From Eledone cirrhosa (Eukaryota), in contig OZ024752.1 of assembly GCA_964016885.1 (NCBI GenBank), forward strand, positions 46,934,001 to 46,998,000: DNA of 64,000 bases, read 5' to 3'. Shown here piece after piece: positions 51,576 to 64,000 of this stretch. The translations under genes were made by a program, and so were the position numbers. Numbering within the stretch: position 1 is the first letter of the stretch; each line of letters opens with the position of its first letter. The notes under the pieces were generated by a model that was not told the DNA's origin, searched no databases, and was given only the letters and a program-made list of their open reading frames with translations.

Positions 51576-54500
51576 GAAATTAACGTGTAAATGACCGAAA
51601 GGTGAACAGATTTCACTTCGAAATCATTTGGCATTCATTTGGGACAAGTATAATTTATTTTTATAGCTCTGGGTCGACTGATGTCCGTGGATGAAATTGG
51701 GTAGACAAAAACTGTTTTGGAAGCCCATCGGATAGGCTGCACTTGTTTGCAGAATGCTCAGCCACGGGCTGTTTCGTTATTCAAACTGAAACACTGTGGT
51801 GTTGTGAGAGTGAGGAGACATTACGTAGTATGTGGATGTGTAGGAAATCGTTATACAATGGTGGTTGGAAGATCTGGTAGGTAGAGGGGACAGATGCGGT
51901 GGTAACAAGCTTGAGTAAGATGGAGGTCTGAGGTTGGTGTCGATAGTTTTATATACGCAGTTATATAAATAACATTGCACCTTGTAATCCTCTAAATATC
52001 TATATGTTTATAAAATACAGTTCCCAGAGTTAGAAAATGTGGTGGGTGTGAGGAAAACATTCATATATTAGTGTGAGGGTGTCTGTGAAACATATACATA
52101 TACACCAGCTCCGAACACAAAGGAACCAATCCCCCCCCCCCCTGTCACGTCCTTCGTCTCTCCTGCTCTCCTCACCTCTCATTAGTATGAGCAAATGGAG
52201 GCCCACGACTTAGGATAGGGGTCGGAAACTTGTAGCTCTTTAAGCCTATTTCGAGTGGCTTTTAGGCATCCTGAACGTTAAAAAAAAAATGTGTTTTTAG
52301 TTTCATTTTTTATTATAATCTTATCTGATGTCATTTCAAGCCAAACGTCGCACTGAATGATAAATTATGCGGTTCCGATAGTCTCAAATATCATTTTATT
52401 TATCTATTTATTTGAAGTTAAAAATTGCTTTTCAGATTAAAAAGGTTTCCCACCTTTATTTCATGGTAATTTTTATCTATAGGTGCGGTTTGTAGGAACA
52501 TTTGCTAATCAGCAGGGCGTTAAATTCCACAGTTATCTTGTACTGGTTGTTGTTGTTATTGGTGGTGGTGGTGGTGGTGGTGGTGGTGGTAGCTAAGGGA
52601 GACAATTCTTGAATGCCTAATTCTCAATAGTGTCATGGGTTTGAGATTAATTCGATGTAATTTTTTTTCTTTTGTCGTTTCTTTTTACTTGGCGTTGTTG
52701 CATCCTATATTTCTAGAAGAGAAATGTGACGTTGTGGTGATCAAGCCTTTCCCCAATGATATTATAGTAGTAAGGGAAGGAACCAAAAATGGTTCTCAGA
52801 TTTGATAACAGAGTTTTACATCTTCCGCTGTGGGGTTTTCCGTATAAAATATTCATTAAAAAACATTTATTATTGGATTGGCAGGATCGTTAGAGCGCCG
52901 GACAAGATATTTTGCTGTATTTGTTTTGGCTTGTTACATTCACAATCGTGAGGTTATGAGTTCGATTCCTGTAGAAATTAGTGAAGACGTCATTAGTGCC
53001 AAGCTTTAACGGCCTTTGCCTTTCAGTTGGATTACATCGGCAGTGTGGAGATGGGAAACAGTTAGGCATGAGCGACTGTTGGTCTTCCACGAAATCATCT
53101 TGCCTTGGAAGGGAAACTTTCTAGGCGCAGGGATAGCTGTATGATGAAGGTTTCTCGCAAGTGTCTTCTGCATTCTCAGTTTTACCAAAAAGCGTGCTAG
53201 TGTAATTTGATAGACAGAAATTATACAGAAACCCATCGTATGTTTCTGTGTGTGTTTAGTTTTGCCGGTTTAAAACGAATTTATGTCAAAAGTGATTTGT
53301 TAAATAAAGATACTTAAAATATGTATAAGACCGAAAAAAGGACTGGTCTTGTTATGATTAACAAAATATCTTTGAAGGTGGTGCCCCAGTATGGTCCCAA
53401 ACCAATGACTGAAATCAGTAAAAGAATTAAAACAATAAACTTCATGATAGCAGACAAAAGGTTGTTTTATGAATTTAACCCTTTTGAAACAACCCCTGTT
53501 TGTATGATACAAAACTATTTATTTTAAAGTTAGTTATATTACTAAATCCTTTCAAATTCTTAATTATTTTGAAAATCATTAGAAATAGGGTAATGAAAGG
53601 GTTCAACTGTCAACCACATATTCTATGTATGGAATCTTATAAGAACCCATTCTCCTAATAGACGGTCTGGCTATAGTTAGAATACTGATTGAAATTTCTT
53701 TTATTAGGTTAACTGGGTCAGCTTAACAAAAACCGCTTTTGTAAAGAAGATAAATAGAGCAAAACGTGATTGTTGGTTGTATGAACTCCTGCTTTTGTTG
53801 AATTTAACCTAGCACTTTAATTCTTAACATGCTGTATCACTTGAAACGACAACAGCAAAACTTTGCCTTTCATCCTTACGGGGTCGATAAAATAAAGTAC
53901 CAGCTAGCCTTGTGCCAAAAGTAGAAACAATTATTAAAAATGATAAAACAGCACTATAACTGCATCACATTAAAAATTCAAATACTGAAAATTTTCACAG
54001 CAATGTTCTCTTCACAAATAAAAATACTATAAACATTTAATTATCAAACCTGTTTCTTTAGATGTGTTTTGATAAATCATTACAGAAGTTAAACATTGTA
54101 ATACATTTGAAACCTGTTCATAGGGTTACATATTTCTTAAAGATTATGTAATGTAGTTTGGGTAGTGAATTGGTACAGTTGTTAAAACATAAGGCTAAAT
54201 GTCTCACAGTATTTTTGCTAATGCTCTTTATTAAAACAAACCCCTCCCCTGACTCAATTTGACCTTTTACGATTGACAAAATAAAGTACCAGTCTAGAGA
54301 TGTGTATTGCTGGAATTGTTAGAGCATCAGACGAGATACTTCACAGTATTTGTTCCAGTTCTTTGCAGTCTGAGTTCAAATCCAACTGTGGCCTACTCAA
54401 ATATTAGACTTAATCCGTCACCTAGTTTAACACCATCACCTGACTCTTGGGTGCCTTTAGTAGAATCCACTCTGTTTCAAGCATTCAGGAAAGGTGTCTA

Positions 54501-54614
54501 GGTTCAGTATATCTTCTCCAATCAATCCCACTTGTCACAGAGGCCCTGAAGAGTGTCATAGACATTGACTTTCCCTTGTTGACTAAACAAGCATCATAAT
54601 GTATATATTGTGCT

Positions 54615-54900
54615 CAGGGCCAGTGCCAGACTATCTGGCACCCTAGGCAAGGTTAGATTTTGGTGCCCCCACAAGGAAAATATCAATTTCAAAATTGATA
54701 AACAATAAATGTTTAAAAGGATTTTTTCAACATTTATTTGTACCTGTATGAAATAAACCAGGATAAAAAAACGGCCCTCAATAAAGCTGAAATTTATTTA
54801 TTTACTTATCTTTCAAAATTGTTGATTTAGAGAAATGCACCCCCTGAAATCAGGGCCCTAGGTGGCTGCCTAGTTTGCCTATATGGTAGTGCCAGTCCTG
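54615..54900. mobile_element. hAT-type MITE with 8-bp TSD
   Basis: CAGG...CCTG ends; attgtgct duplicated at 54607-54614 and 54901-54908. Confidence 0.88.
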
Positions 54901-55322
54901 ATTGTGCTTATATCAACTGGCAGCAATTATGACATGATTTGTATATGTCAGTCAGTTTGAGCTCTCTGGAATGAGCTTCTTCCTCTGTCTGTATGAACTA
55001 CATCAGTTGTGTTGGCTTTCAGATCAAATTTAACACTTTAGCATTAAAACTGGCCCTATCCAGCCAGAATTCTCTCGCCTTTTTCCGTTCAAACTGGCTG
55101 TAAGCAGCCACTCATACTGATGTTAAGGTATTGTTCTCAAAATAAATAACATCAAAATCTCCTGGATTCGATATTATGTGAGGGAAATCCTTTACTGTGA
55201 AAATACAACAGTATATATAGAGTAATATAAATGGTAAAGGGTTAAAAACTTATTGAAGTTCTTTCACAATAATTTGTGTTAATTTTATTTGTAACTTTAT
55301 CTATCTATCTATTTATTTACAG

Positions 55323-55424
55323 AGAATATACTATATCTCCTTGGAATTCTATATGGGGAGAACTCTTTGCAACACCATGGTTAATCTGGGGATCCAGAAT
55401 GCCTGTGACGAAGCCATGTACCAG
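55323..55424 (+). CDS. PYG: Glycogen phosphorylase exon 2
   Basis: tttacag/...CAG|gtacca; [34 protein letters not shown]; follows a 13.9-kb first intron. Confidence 0.97.
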
Positions 55425-56201
55425 GTACCATTTTCATCAATTTTTTTCTGTTTTTGGTTTTCAGTTGTATTTTGTTTTTCTGACATATCATCCTTCCAAA
55501 TTCTTGATTATTTTCAAATGATGTTTTTTTTATTAAAGGCATTGAAAGAGTCAATAGAAGATCAGTTAAAGTATATATTTTTGTGTCTGTTGCTATTGAC
55601 GTGAGGTTTTGTGAGATTCATGCATTTTCACTTTTCCGCGCTTGAATGCACCCTGTGCACTCTGTAAGTGGTAGCACTGGTGCCACTAGAATATGTACCC
55701 AGCCCACTTTGTAAAGTGGTTGATGTTAGGAAAGGATTCTAACTGTAGAAACTAAACTAAGCCAAGCTGGGACATTTGAGCAATAAGATGTGATCATCTG
55801 ATCTGTCCCCTCTCAGAATTTGTCAACCTATGCAACCCATGTCAGAATGTAAAATGGATGCAAAACTGTGATGATGATGATGTTGATGATGAAAGTATAT
55901 GTATTTCTGCTGGAATAAATCTGATTGACGTTGCTTTATAAACTTGAGAAAATGTGATATCAGTAATAAGTTGATACAATTTCTTACATCTACATATGCA
56001 CACTCACACACACTCTAACATGCACACTCACACACACTCTAACATGCACGCGCATTCACACTCACACACACTCTAACATGCACGCGCATTCACACTCACA
56101 CACACTCTGACAGACACTCATTCACACTCACACACACTGCAGACATTTTTTTTTTCTCATTAGCTCTGATCTTTTTTTTTTCTTCAATCCTATTTTTCTA
56201 G

Positions 56202-56384
56202 CTTGGACTTGACATTGAAGAACTGGAAGAAGTAGAAGAAGATGCTGGTCTGGGTAATGGTGGTCTTGGTCGCCTCGCTGCCTGCTTTTTGGACTCAATG
56301 GCTACTCTTGGCCTTGCTGCCTATGGATATGGTATCCGTTATGATTACGGAATCTTCACCCAGAAAATCTCCAATGGCTGGCAG
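56202..56384 (+). CDS. PYG: Glycogen phosphorylase exon 3
   Basis: ttctag/...CAG|gtagga; [61 protein letters not shown]. Confidence 0.98.
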
Positions 56385-56508
56385 GTAGGAAGAGCATTTT
56401 AGATTCTGTTTTTAATATTAGATATTTCTTTTTTAATGGCATATTTGGTTTTAATGTTGAATTCTATCCTTCTAATGGTTTTTTTTTTCCTTCTCAATTA
56501 TTCAAAAG

Positions 56509-56640
56509 ATTGAAGAACCCGATGATTGGCTTCGTTATGGCAATCCATGGGAAAAATCCCGCCCAGAATACATGCTTCCTGTGAACTTTTATGGTCGTGT
56601 TGAACACACCAGTAAAGGTGTCCAATGGCTCGACTCTCAG
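56509..56640 (+). CDS. PYG: Glycogen phosphorylase exon 4
   Basis: caaaag/ (AAG acceptor)...CAG|gtaagt; [44 protein letters not shown]. Confidence 0.96.
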
Positions 56641-58104
56641 GTAAGTTTCTTTGGTGTATTACATTGTGTTGTGCAGGATGCTAAGTAGGTATTAACCCTT
56701 TAGCATTTAAACTGGCCATATCCGGCCAGAATTCTCTCACTTCTTTTTTTTCAAACTGGCCATAACTGGCTGCTCGTATTGATGTTAAGGTATTGTTCTC
56801 AAAATAAATAATATCAAAATCTTATAGATTCTATATTATGTGAGGTAAAACCTTTACCACAAAAATACAATAGTATATATGGAGTAATGTAAATGCTAAA
56901 GGGTTAATCTCGTTTAACTAGGGCAGCTGACTTACAAATAACAGAGTCTAATTTAGGCCAGCATTTTTCAAGACCAGCATTTTTATTGGCCCAGCAAAGA
57001 TGAAAAGTAAAGTTGACCTCATTGAAATTTGAATCCAGAATGCAGAGTGAGAACAATGCCATAAAGTATTGTATTCAACACTCTAATGACTGTCAATTTA
57101 CTGCCTCTGGACTACTTACAAATAAAATTCCATTTTATTTGTTGTGACACCTATGGTGTCATGGCAAAAAGCACCCAGCCCACTCTGTGAAGTGGCCAAG
57201 TAAGCGTCACAACAAAAAGCACCTAGTACTTACTGTAAAGTGGTTGTGTAGGCGACATGACAAAAAACACCCAGTACTCACTATAAATGAGGAAGGGCAT
57301 CCAGCTGTAGAAACCAAGCCAAAATCAGTTCTGTATGAGCAAGACATGGTCACCTGACCTAGCATTGCTCACAACAGGACAACTCGTCTAACCCATGCTA
57401 GTGTGGACAAATGGATGTAACATGGTGATGATGATAATTTCACGCTGATTGTTGTTGAGAGCTCTGTTCTCCAGACTGTTGCTTTTCTTTGCTAAATCAT
57501 GATTAGGGCAATGCTTCTGTGGAAGGAACACTAAGAGAAGTGAAATGGCTGATGTAGTGAATATTTCTGGCTGTCTTTTTGTGGCAATACTTTTGTCACC
57601 ATGTCTACAGCATGTAGCTGAAATATTCTGTTCAATGGAGGGTGTAGATTTTTTTTTTTTTTGTAACAATAATACACTGTGTGTATTCGGTTTAGAATTG
57701 GTAAACCATACCCTTGCCTGTTACAAGAAGTGATTAAAAGAGCTGGCTATAGGAAAGGCATCTAGTTGTAAAACATTACCTCAAAAAGGACTCTGTGATG
57801 TGTATGAAGGCTACTATGAGGCCTCAGGGCTAGTCCCAGCTTTAGCAGGGAAAATGGCATTAATATGCTCATTGTTGTATAATATTCTAAATATTGAATA
57901 TTTAAAAAAAATTTCATAATAATTTAACTCTTAACACACTGTAATGATTTAGCAGAAAATATCTCACAAGTTTGTTAATTCGAAAATTTATAATATTAGA
58001 CGAAAGACTTTCATATTTAATGTGATGCAATCATAATGTTGTTTTGTATTTTCAAAGAATGTCTTGCTAATGTGGTTTCTGTGTAATTTTCTTCTATTTT
58101 TCAG

Positions 58105-58216
58105 TTAGTATTTGCTCTGCCTTTTGACAATCCTATACCTGGCTATGGTAACAACACTGTGAACACACTACGTCTGTGGTCCGCCAAGGCACCAAACAGC
58201 TTCAACTTAAAATTCT
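58105..58216 (+). CDS. PYG: Glycogen phosphorylase exon 5
   Basis: tttcag/...T|gtacgt; 112 nt, phase 0-1; [37 protein letters not shown]. Confidence 0.96.
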
Positions 58217-59315
58217 GTACGTGTCACTCCTTCCCCCCCACCCACCTTTTTTTCTTCCTTTTCTTCTTGTCTTTGTCTTTTCTGTCTTCTTGTGGTAGTA
58301 GTAGTAGTAGTAGTATATTGGTAGTAGCAGTAGAGTCTTCTTCTTCGCCCACTGAAAGGGTCGTTGGGGCAGAGTCCTCAAACACTCCTCCCAGCGGGCC
58401 CTGCCAGAAGCAACCGTCTCCAACTGATCTGGCTGAATCCCCAAGCAAGACCAGCCTTGCTCATGGATGTTATCCAACCATCTTGCCCCTGGGTCTCCTA
58501 CCAGCTGGTTTTGCCCGTAAGATCTGTCCAGTGATTCTTTCCTGAGACATTCTAACCACATGCCCATAGTGTTGGAGCTGTGATCATACATAGGTTAGTA
58601 TTGGGCCTCTAAACCTGGTAGCTACCTGGGCACATGCCTTATCATGGCACAGGTTATTGGGCTCGCAGTTTTAACTCTTGTTTTAGCAAGGAAAATAACT
58701 TTAAAACCTTTTTTGTGTTGTCATATTTATTGTTTTCTTTGTTTTGGTTTTCGTTTTTTGCTGACTCCAACGTTAATTGCAGGTGATTTCTATAATCAAG
58801 GTAGACAGGTGACTTACTAATGATATAATTAAGGTAGACAGGTGGTTTACTAATGATATGCAATCAGAAACTCTGTGAAATTAAAATTAGTGGAAGTAAC
58901 TACAACTTTAATTCTTTCATACCAAACTGCTTGAAGCTGCTTCTGGTTGTACAATACCAAACTGCTTTTTAATGTGTTTATAGTTTTTATATTTATCTAA
59001 AACCTTTCTGTCATAAGGTTTTTACATAGAACTTATGTTCCAAATGCCAAGAACTTATGTTGCAAATGCCAGCATAATAATAAGAAAGTTATTTCACTAA
59101 AGCCCTTCAAATTTTTGAAGGTAAGATTGGTCAAGTGACTGTGTCTTGCTCGTACAGAACTGTTTCTGGCAGGTTTTCTACGACTGGATGCCCTTCCTAA
59201 CACTAGCCACATTTACAGTAATAAACATTCTAACCATAAATTTCTTTTTTCTTTGACATATAAATCGCTGTGTGTATGTGTTTGTTCTATAAGTACCAAT
59301 ACCTTCTCTCTCCAG

Positions 59316-59398
59316 TTAACAGTGGTGACTACATTCAAGCTGTCTGCGATAGAAATCTTGCTGAGAACATCTCCAGAGTCTTATATCCAAACGACAAT
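59316..59398 (+). CDS. PYG: Glycogen phosphorylase exon 6
   Basis: ctccag/...AAT|gtaagt; 83 nt, phase 1-0; [27 protein letters not shown]. Confidence 0.97.
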
Positions 59399-60126
59399 GT
59401 AAGTAACTTTTCAAGCTTTATTTTGATGGAAGATAATATTAGAGAAAAGCAATGAAGAATGACATGATGCTGAATGAAAACAAAAGCAATATATACAAAC
59501 ACACAAACACACACACACACACTAACCACAACTAAGTATGGAATGATACGCGATGCCTCACAGGCGCTCTCCATGAATTTCTGTCCATAGTATCGACATC
59601 GGCCAAGTTCCATTTATACAAATCACTCTTCACGCACTCCAGCCACGTCTTCCTTGGACTACCGCGATCTCTAGTGCCAGGGATTGCCTAGTGAGTGATG
59701 GAGTTGATGCATGGTGTGGCTCGCTGTACATGTCCATATATGGAATTTAATAATGAAACATCTAACCCTTTAGCATTTAAACTGGCCAAATCCGGCCAAA
59801 ATTCTTTTACCTCTTTCTGTTCAAACCGGCTGTAACTGGCCACTCATACAGATGTTAAGGTATTGTTCTCAAAATAAATAATATCAAAATCTCATAGATT
59901 CGTGAGATAAAGTGTTTACAATGAAAATACAATAGTATATATAGAGTAATGTAAATGCTAAAGGGTTGAATATTTTGTTAAAAACTATAAGTATAAACAT
60001 TTCTCTCTTTTAACTGTTATTTAGCATGAAAATACAATAGTGTATATAGACTAATGTAAATGCTAAAGGTTTAAAGTAAATATGTTTTATAATTTCTTTA
60101 TAAATCTCTTTTTAATTCTTCCTCAG

Positions 60127-60270
60127 CAATTTGAAGGTAAAGAACTCCGCTTAAAACAGGAATACTTCTTAGTTGCTGCAACTCTTCAAGATGCCATCCG
60201 CCGTTTCAAGTCATCCAAGTTTGGTTGTCCAGATGCTGTACGCACTTCTTTTGATAGCTTCTCCGATAAG
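60127..60270 (+). CDS. PYG: Glycogen phosphorylase exon 7
   Basis: cctcag/...AAG|gtaaaa; [48 protein letters not shown]. Confidence 0.97.
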
Positions 60271-60519
60271 GTAAAAACAATTTTGCTTTCTTTCTGTACG
60301 AACTGATGAATTTTGTGAAGAGAAATGGAATGAGATGGTTGGGCCATGTGTTGAGGAAAGGTGAAAGTGGCTGGGTGAGAGGAATAATAAATGTTGTGAA
60401 GAGAAGTGGAACTAGATGGTTGGGTCAAAGTTAATTGTGTTACTAAATCCCTTCAAATTCTTGATTATGTTGGGCCATTTCAAGAGTTTCTGCAGTGAAT
60501 ACCCATGTCTCATTTCCAT

Positions 60520-61140
60520 ATAATAATGAAATTACTGTGTACAGTGCTCAGGTGCACTACAACTCATCAAAAGTGCATGCATAGTACATAGAATAATATA
60601 CAAATGTCAGGGAAGTGATCAGAGTATGATACATATGTGTGCGTGTGTATGGAGAGGGAATATTAGGTGTAGTGTTGACGAATCTCAGGAAGCATGGAGG
60701 TTTTAAAAGATGCAGTGTCTCGACAGCTAACGACTGATGCAAGTAGTTTGTTCCATGCTTCAGCAACTCTGAGCGTGAAAAAATGTTTCCGAAAGTCATG
60801 GGAACTGTGCTGTTTTCTTACTTTGTGGGCATGCCCACGTGTGTTAGACACATGGAAATCAAAAAGGTGTTCAGGGTTGTTGTTGGCAAGATGGTTAATG
60901 ATTTTGTGGGTGTCTACCAAGTCAGTTGCCAGGCGTCGGAGCTTCAATGTATCCATGCCCAGGAAAGCAAGGCGTTCAGAGTATGGTAGATGCCTGATGG
61001 AGGGTATTCGCTTGGTTGCACGTCTCTGAACAGTTTCCAGGAGGTCAATGTTCTGAGCAAGATAGAAGTTCCAGACTGGTGATGCAAATTCTAAGTGTGG
61101 CCACACCATAGCTATATACAGCTTTAAATAGATAGCTGTC
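60520..61140 (-). mobile_element. CR1-clade LINE 3' fragment; further fragments at ~517-575, 8030-8330, 16277-16660, 20713-21450, 22590-23660, 31320-31640 and 37995-38225
   Basis: PHLEFASPVW...LETVQRRATK...Y.ERL..L...L..RR...TRGH..K...FF..RV..AWN.L...FK; (ATT)n tail. Confidence 0.9.
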
Positions 61141-61672
61141 TCCACCAGCAGAGCATATTCCTTAAACAGCTTTCTTTTGGTTTCAATTGTTGATTTGGGA
61201 CTTCTAATAATGTTATAAACCTTTCCAAAAGCTGCCCAGCTAAGCACAATCCTTCTTCTGACCTCCAGAAGTAGGGTAGGGTACCATCTCTTGTAGTCTT
61301 CTTTCGGGGGTACACATAACTGTCTATTTCCTCGGTGGCTTTCCATTTAAAATAACTGATGGTGGCTTAGCATGGCTGTTAAACATGACCGTAGCTCTCC
61401 CAAGATGGATGTTCAGGCCTACCAGCTGGTTCACAGTATGGATGGCATCGAGCATCTCCTCCAAATCCTATGGTCTATGGGCTATTACGATTATATGTCT
61501 CAGTATTTCTTCCAGCTCTCTGCACTCTCAGTTCAGATCCCACCTGAGCTAACTTTACCTTTCATCCTACTTACTGACTTGTAACTAATCAACCAAAACA
61601 CTAGCATCATTATCTGGCTTCCCTTCTTTTTCTGAAGTTGTAATTTACCCATCATTTTCTTATCATTGTCAG

Positions 61673-61765
61673 GTAGCAATTCAACTGAACGATACCCATC
61701 CTTCACTAGCAATTCCTGAGTTGATGAGACTCCTTATTGACATTGAGAACTTGAACTGGAATACG
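61673..61765 (+). CDS. PYG: Glycogen phosphorylase exon 8
   Basis: gtcag/...ACG|gtaact; [31 protein letters not shown]. Confidence 0.97.
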
Positions 61766-61995
61766 GTAACTTCTTTTCTATTTCTCCTCACATCATCATC
61801 ATCATCATCATCATCAACAGCAGCAGTAGTAGCAGTGCCATTATTGGCATTGACAAATTGACAACAGCAGCAATAACATCATCATCATCTGTATATATAT
61901 ACACATATATATATATATATATACCCATACACATATATATATATATATACCCATACATATATATATATATACCCATACATATATATATATATACC

Positions 61996-62039
<44 letters not shown>

Positions 62040-62194
62040 CATACATATATATATATATATATATATACCCATACACACATATATATATATATATATATAC
62101 CCATACACACATATATATATACTCACATTATTGTATTAACAACAACAGGTATTTTGAATTTGTCTACTATCCTACCACGTTTGTATCTCATTAG

Positions 62195-62341
62195 GCTTGG
62201 AAAATCTGTGTGGCAACATGTGCTTATACCAACCACACTGTCCTCCCAGAGGCTTTGGAACGTTGGCCTGTATCTTTGCTTGCATACTTATTACCCAGAC
62301 ATCTTGAGATCATGTATGAAATCAACTCCAGGTTTCTGAAG
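62195..62341 (+). CDS. PYG: Glycogen phosphorylase exon 9
   Basis: cattag/...AAG|gtaagt; [49 protein letters not shown]. Confidence 0.97.
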
Positions 62342-63156
62342 GTAAGTTTTTTTTTCTCTAATTCCCCAGACTGTTTAAGAACAGGGCTTCCCCCAAACTG
62401 CCTTGTGACCGGCACAGACAAATATTGAACCACAATATGAGTTATTGTGTCAAAATAAGCAACCATACTCTCATCTCATTGTGTGAAAATAAGCAATCAT
62501 ATCCATCTTGTATCAAAAGAAGCGACCCCCATCCCATGGTAGGGAAAATAAGCAATCAGCCCTATCTCATTGAACAAATTTTTATTGTTACTTTAACCCT
62601 TTAACATTTAAACCAGCCGTATCTGGCCAGAATTCTCTCACCTCTTTCTTTTCAAACTGGCCTAACTGTCCACTCATACTGATGTTAAGGTATTGTTCTC
62701 AAAATAAATAATATCAAAATCTCATAGATTCAATATTATGTGAGATAAAGCCTTTACCATGAAAATATAATAGTATATATAGAGTAATGTAAATGCTAGA
62801 GGGTTAACGATTTTTGAAAATCATTTCTATATTTAGATTCAAAAGGGAGTGAGAAGAATAGTAATGGTGGAAGGAGGCAATGAATACAGAATATTTGTTT
62901 CTCATAAAACTGTTACCTTTAGCTATTCAATAAATGTTTCACTGTATTATTACACTGGCAGAATCGGTAGAGCGTTGGACACCATGTTCTGCAGCATTGA
63001 GTTACGGCCGTTTACAATCTGAGTTGAAATCCAGCCAAGGTTAGCTTTGCCTTTCATTCTTACGAGGTTGATAAAATAAAGTACTAGTAATACACTGGGG
63101 TTCAATAAAAATTGTTGGCCTTGTGCCCATGGTAGAAATCATTTTTACACAATATA

Positions 63157-63345
63157 GGGCGGTGGATTGGCAGTATCGGTAGAGGGTCGGACGCCATGCT
63201 TTGCAGCATAGAGTTACGTCCCTTTACGGATTGAGTTCAAATCCCGCCGAGGTTAACTTTGCCTTTCATCCTTACGGGGTCGATAAAATAAAGTACCAGT
63301 AATACACTGGGATAATTGCTGGCCTTGTACCAAAAGTAGAAACAA
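63157..63345 (+). mobile_element. tRNA-derived SINE family 2 (Meta/Sauria-like central domain), young copy with TSD; >12 other copies, e.g. ~11325, 17182(-), 29562, 29978(-), 31125(-), 33490(-), 47990, 48178, 62955 and 63917
   Basis: A/B boxes tggcagtatcgg...gttcaaatcc; gcctttcatccttacggggtcgataaaataaagtaccag core; TSD atttttacacaatata at 63141-63156 and 63345-63360. Confidence 0.88.
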
Positions 63346-63414
63346 TTTTTACACAATATACATATAGCCACAATATTATACATATATTACCTTAACACTT
63401 CTTACTTCTTTCAG

Positions 63415-63578
63415 GAAGTCGCTGTCAAATATCCTGGTGATAATGGACGCATCAAGAGAATGTCTATTGTTGAAGAGGGTTCCGAAAAGAAAATCAACAT
63501 GGCTCATTTGAGTATTATTGGCTCACATGCAGTGAACGGGGTTGCTGCCCTCCATTCTGAAATTATTAAAACAACAAC
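63415..63578 (+). CDS. PYG: Glycogen phosphorylase exon 10; gene continues beyond the window
   Basis: tttcag/...AC|gtaagt; 164 nt; [54 protein letters not shown]. Confidence 0.97.
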
Positions 63579-64000
63579 GTAAGTGATGTCTAAAGTGGAC
63601 TGTTCTATGACGGTATATTATTGGTATGAAAAAGACCAAGAGCTTATAGGAAAAAAAAAATAAATAAATAGACCTTCATCAGTTTCCATGTGTAGAGTTC
63701 TAGTTGTTCAGTCAACAGAACAGCCTACTAGTGTATAATTAACTTAATTCTCAGGAAGATTCAGTGTGATACTGTCTTACACAGCTGGCCCTTGGAATTA
63801 CACGTATAAGTTCAACTGACATGTTTTCACACAGATTTATCTACTTTGACGAGTTGTAGTGCACCTGAGCACTTTACACAATAATTTCATTATTATTATT
63901 ATTATTATTATTATTAGGGCGGTGGATTGGCAGTATCGGTAGAGAGTCGGACGCCATGCTTTCCAGCATAGTTACATCCCTTTACGGTCTGAGTTCAAAT

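Noticed and set aside
58217-58591. Extended ORFs past phosphorylase exon 5 (128-129 aa, both strands)
   Set aside because: Read-through into low-complexity intron sequence and an antisense LINE-tail-like fragment; the GT donor at 58217 fits the phase of the next exon.
60663-61346. 227-aa ORF as a novel gene
   Set aside because: Fortuitous in-frame join of an RTE-like fragment and a CR1 ORF2 3' end, antisense within a phosphorylase intron.

Overview
Repeat-rich animal genomic DNA with spliceosomal GT-AG introns, long (TA)n/(CA)n/(GA)n tracts, tRNA-derived SINEs, RTE/CR1/R4/CRE-type LINE debris, mariner, hAT, piggyBac-like MITEs and a Helitron. This landscape suggests a coleoid cephalopod such as Octopus (inference). 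Two + strand genes are reconstructed exon by exon with consistent splice phases. The first is the last 10 coding exons of NADPH:adrenodoxin oxidoreductase (FDXR, 12082-24719; N-terminal exons lie upstream of the window). The second is the first 10 coding exons of glycogen phosphorylase (41161-63578, continuing past the window). Nearly all ORFs in the supplied track are microsatellite or repeat artefacts. The most striking unexplained structure is a set of about 10 minimal type I hammerhead-ribozyme motifs from about six unrelated sequence families. They lie next to (TA)n tracts, most are followed by AATAAA, and most sit in perfect fold-back palindromes (arms up to ~200 bp). This matches non-autonomous Penelope-like/retrozyme-like elements, and several are in the sense orientation of host introns. 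Also notable: three tandem arrays were born inside transposons (92 x 49 bp in a SINE, 11 x 61 bp in a CR1 tail, ~85 bp in a MITE), and the phosphorylase has Thr at the Ser14 phospho-switch and Gln at the Phe285 purine-inhibitor site.
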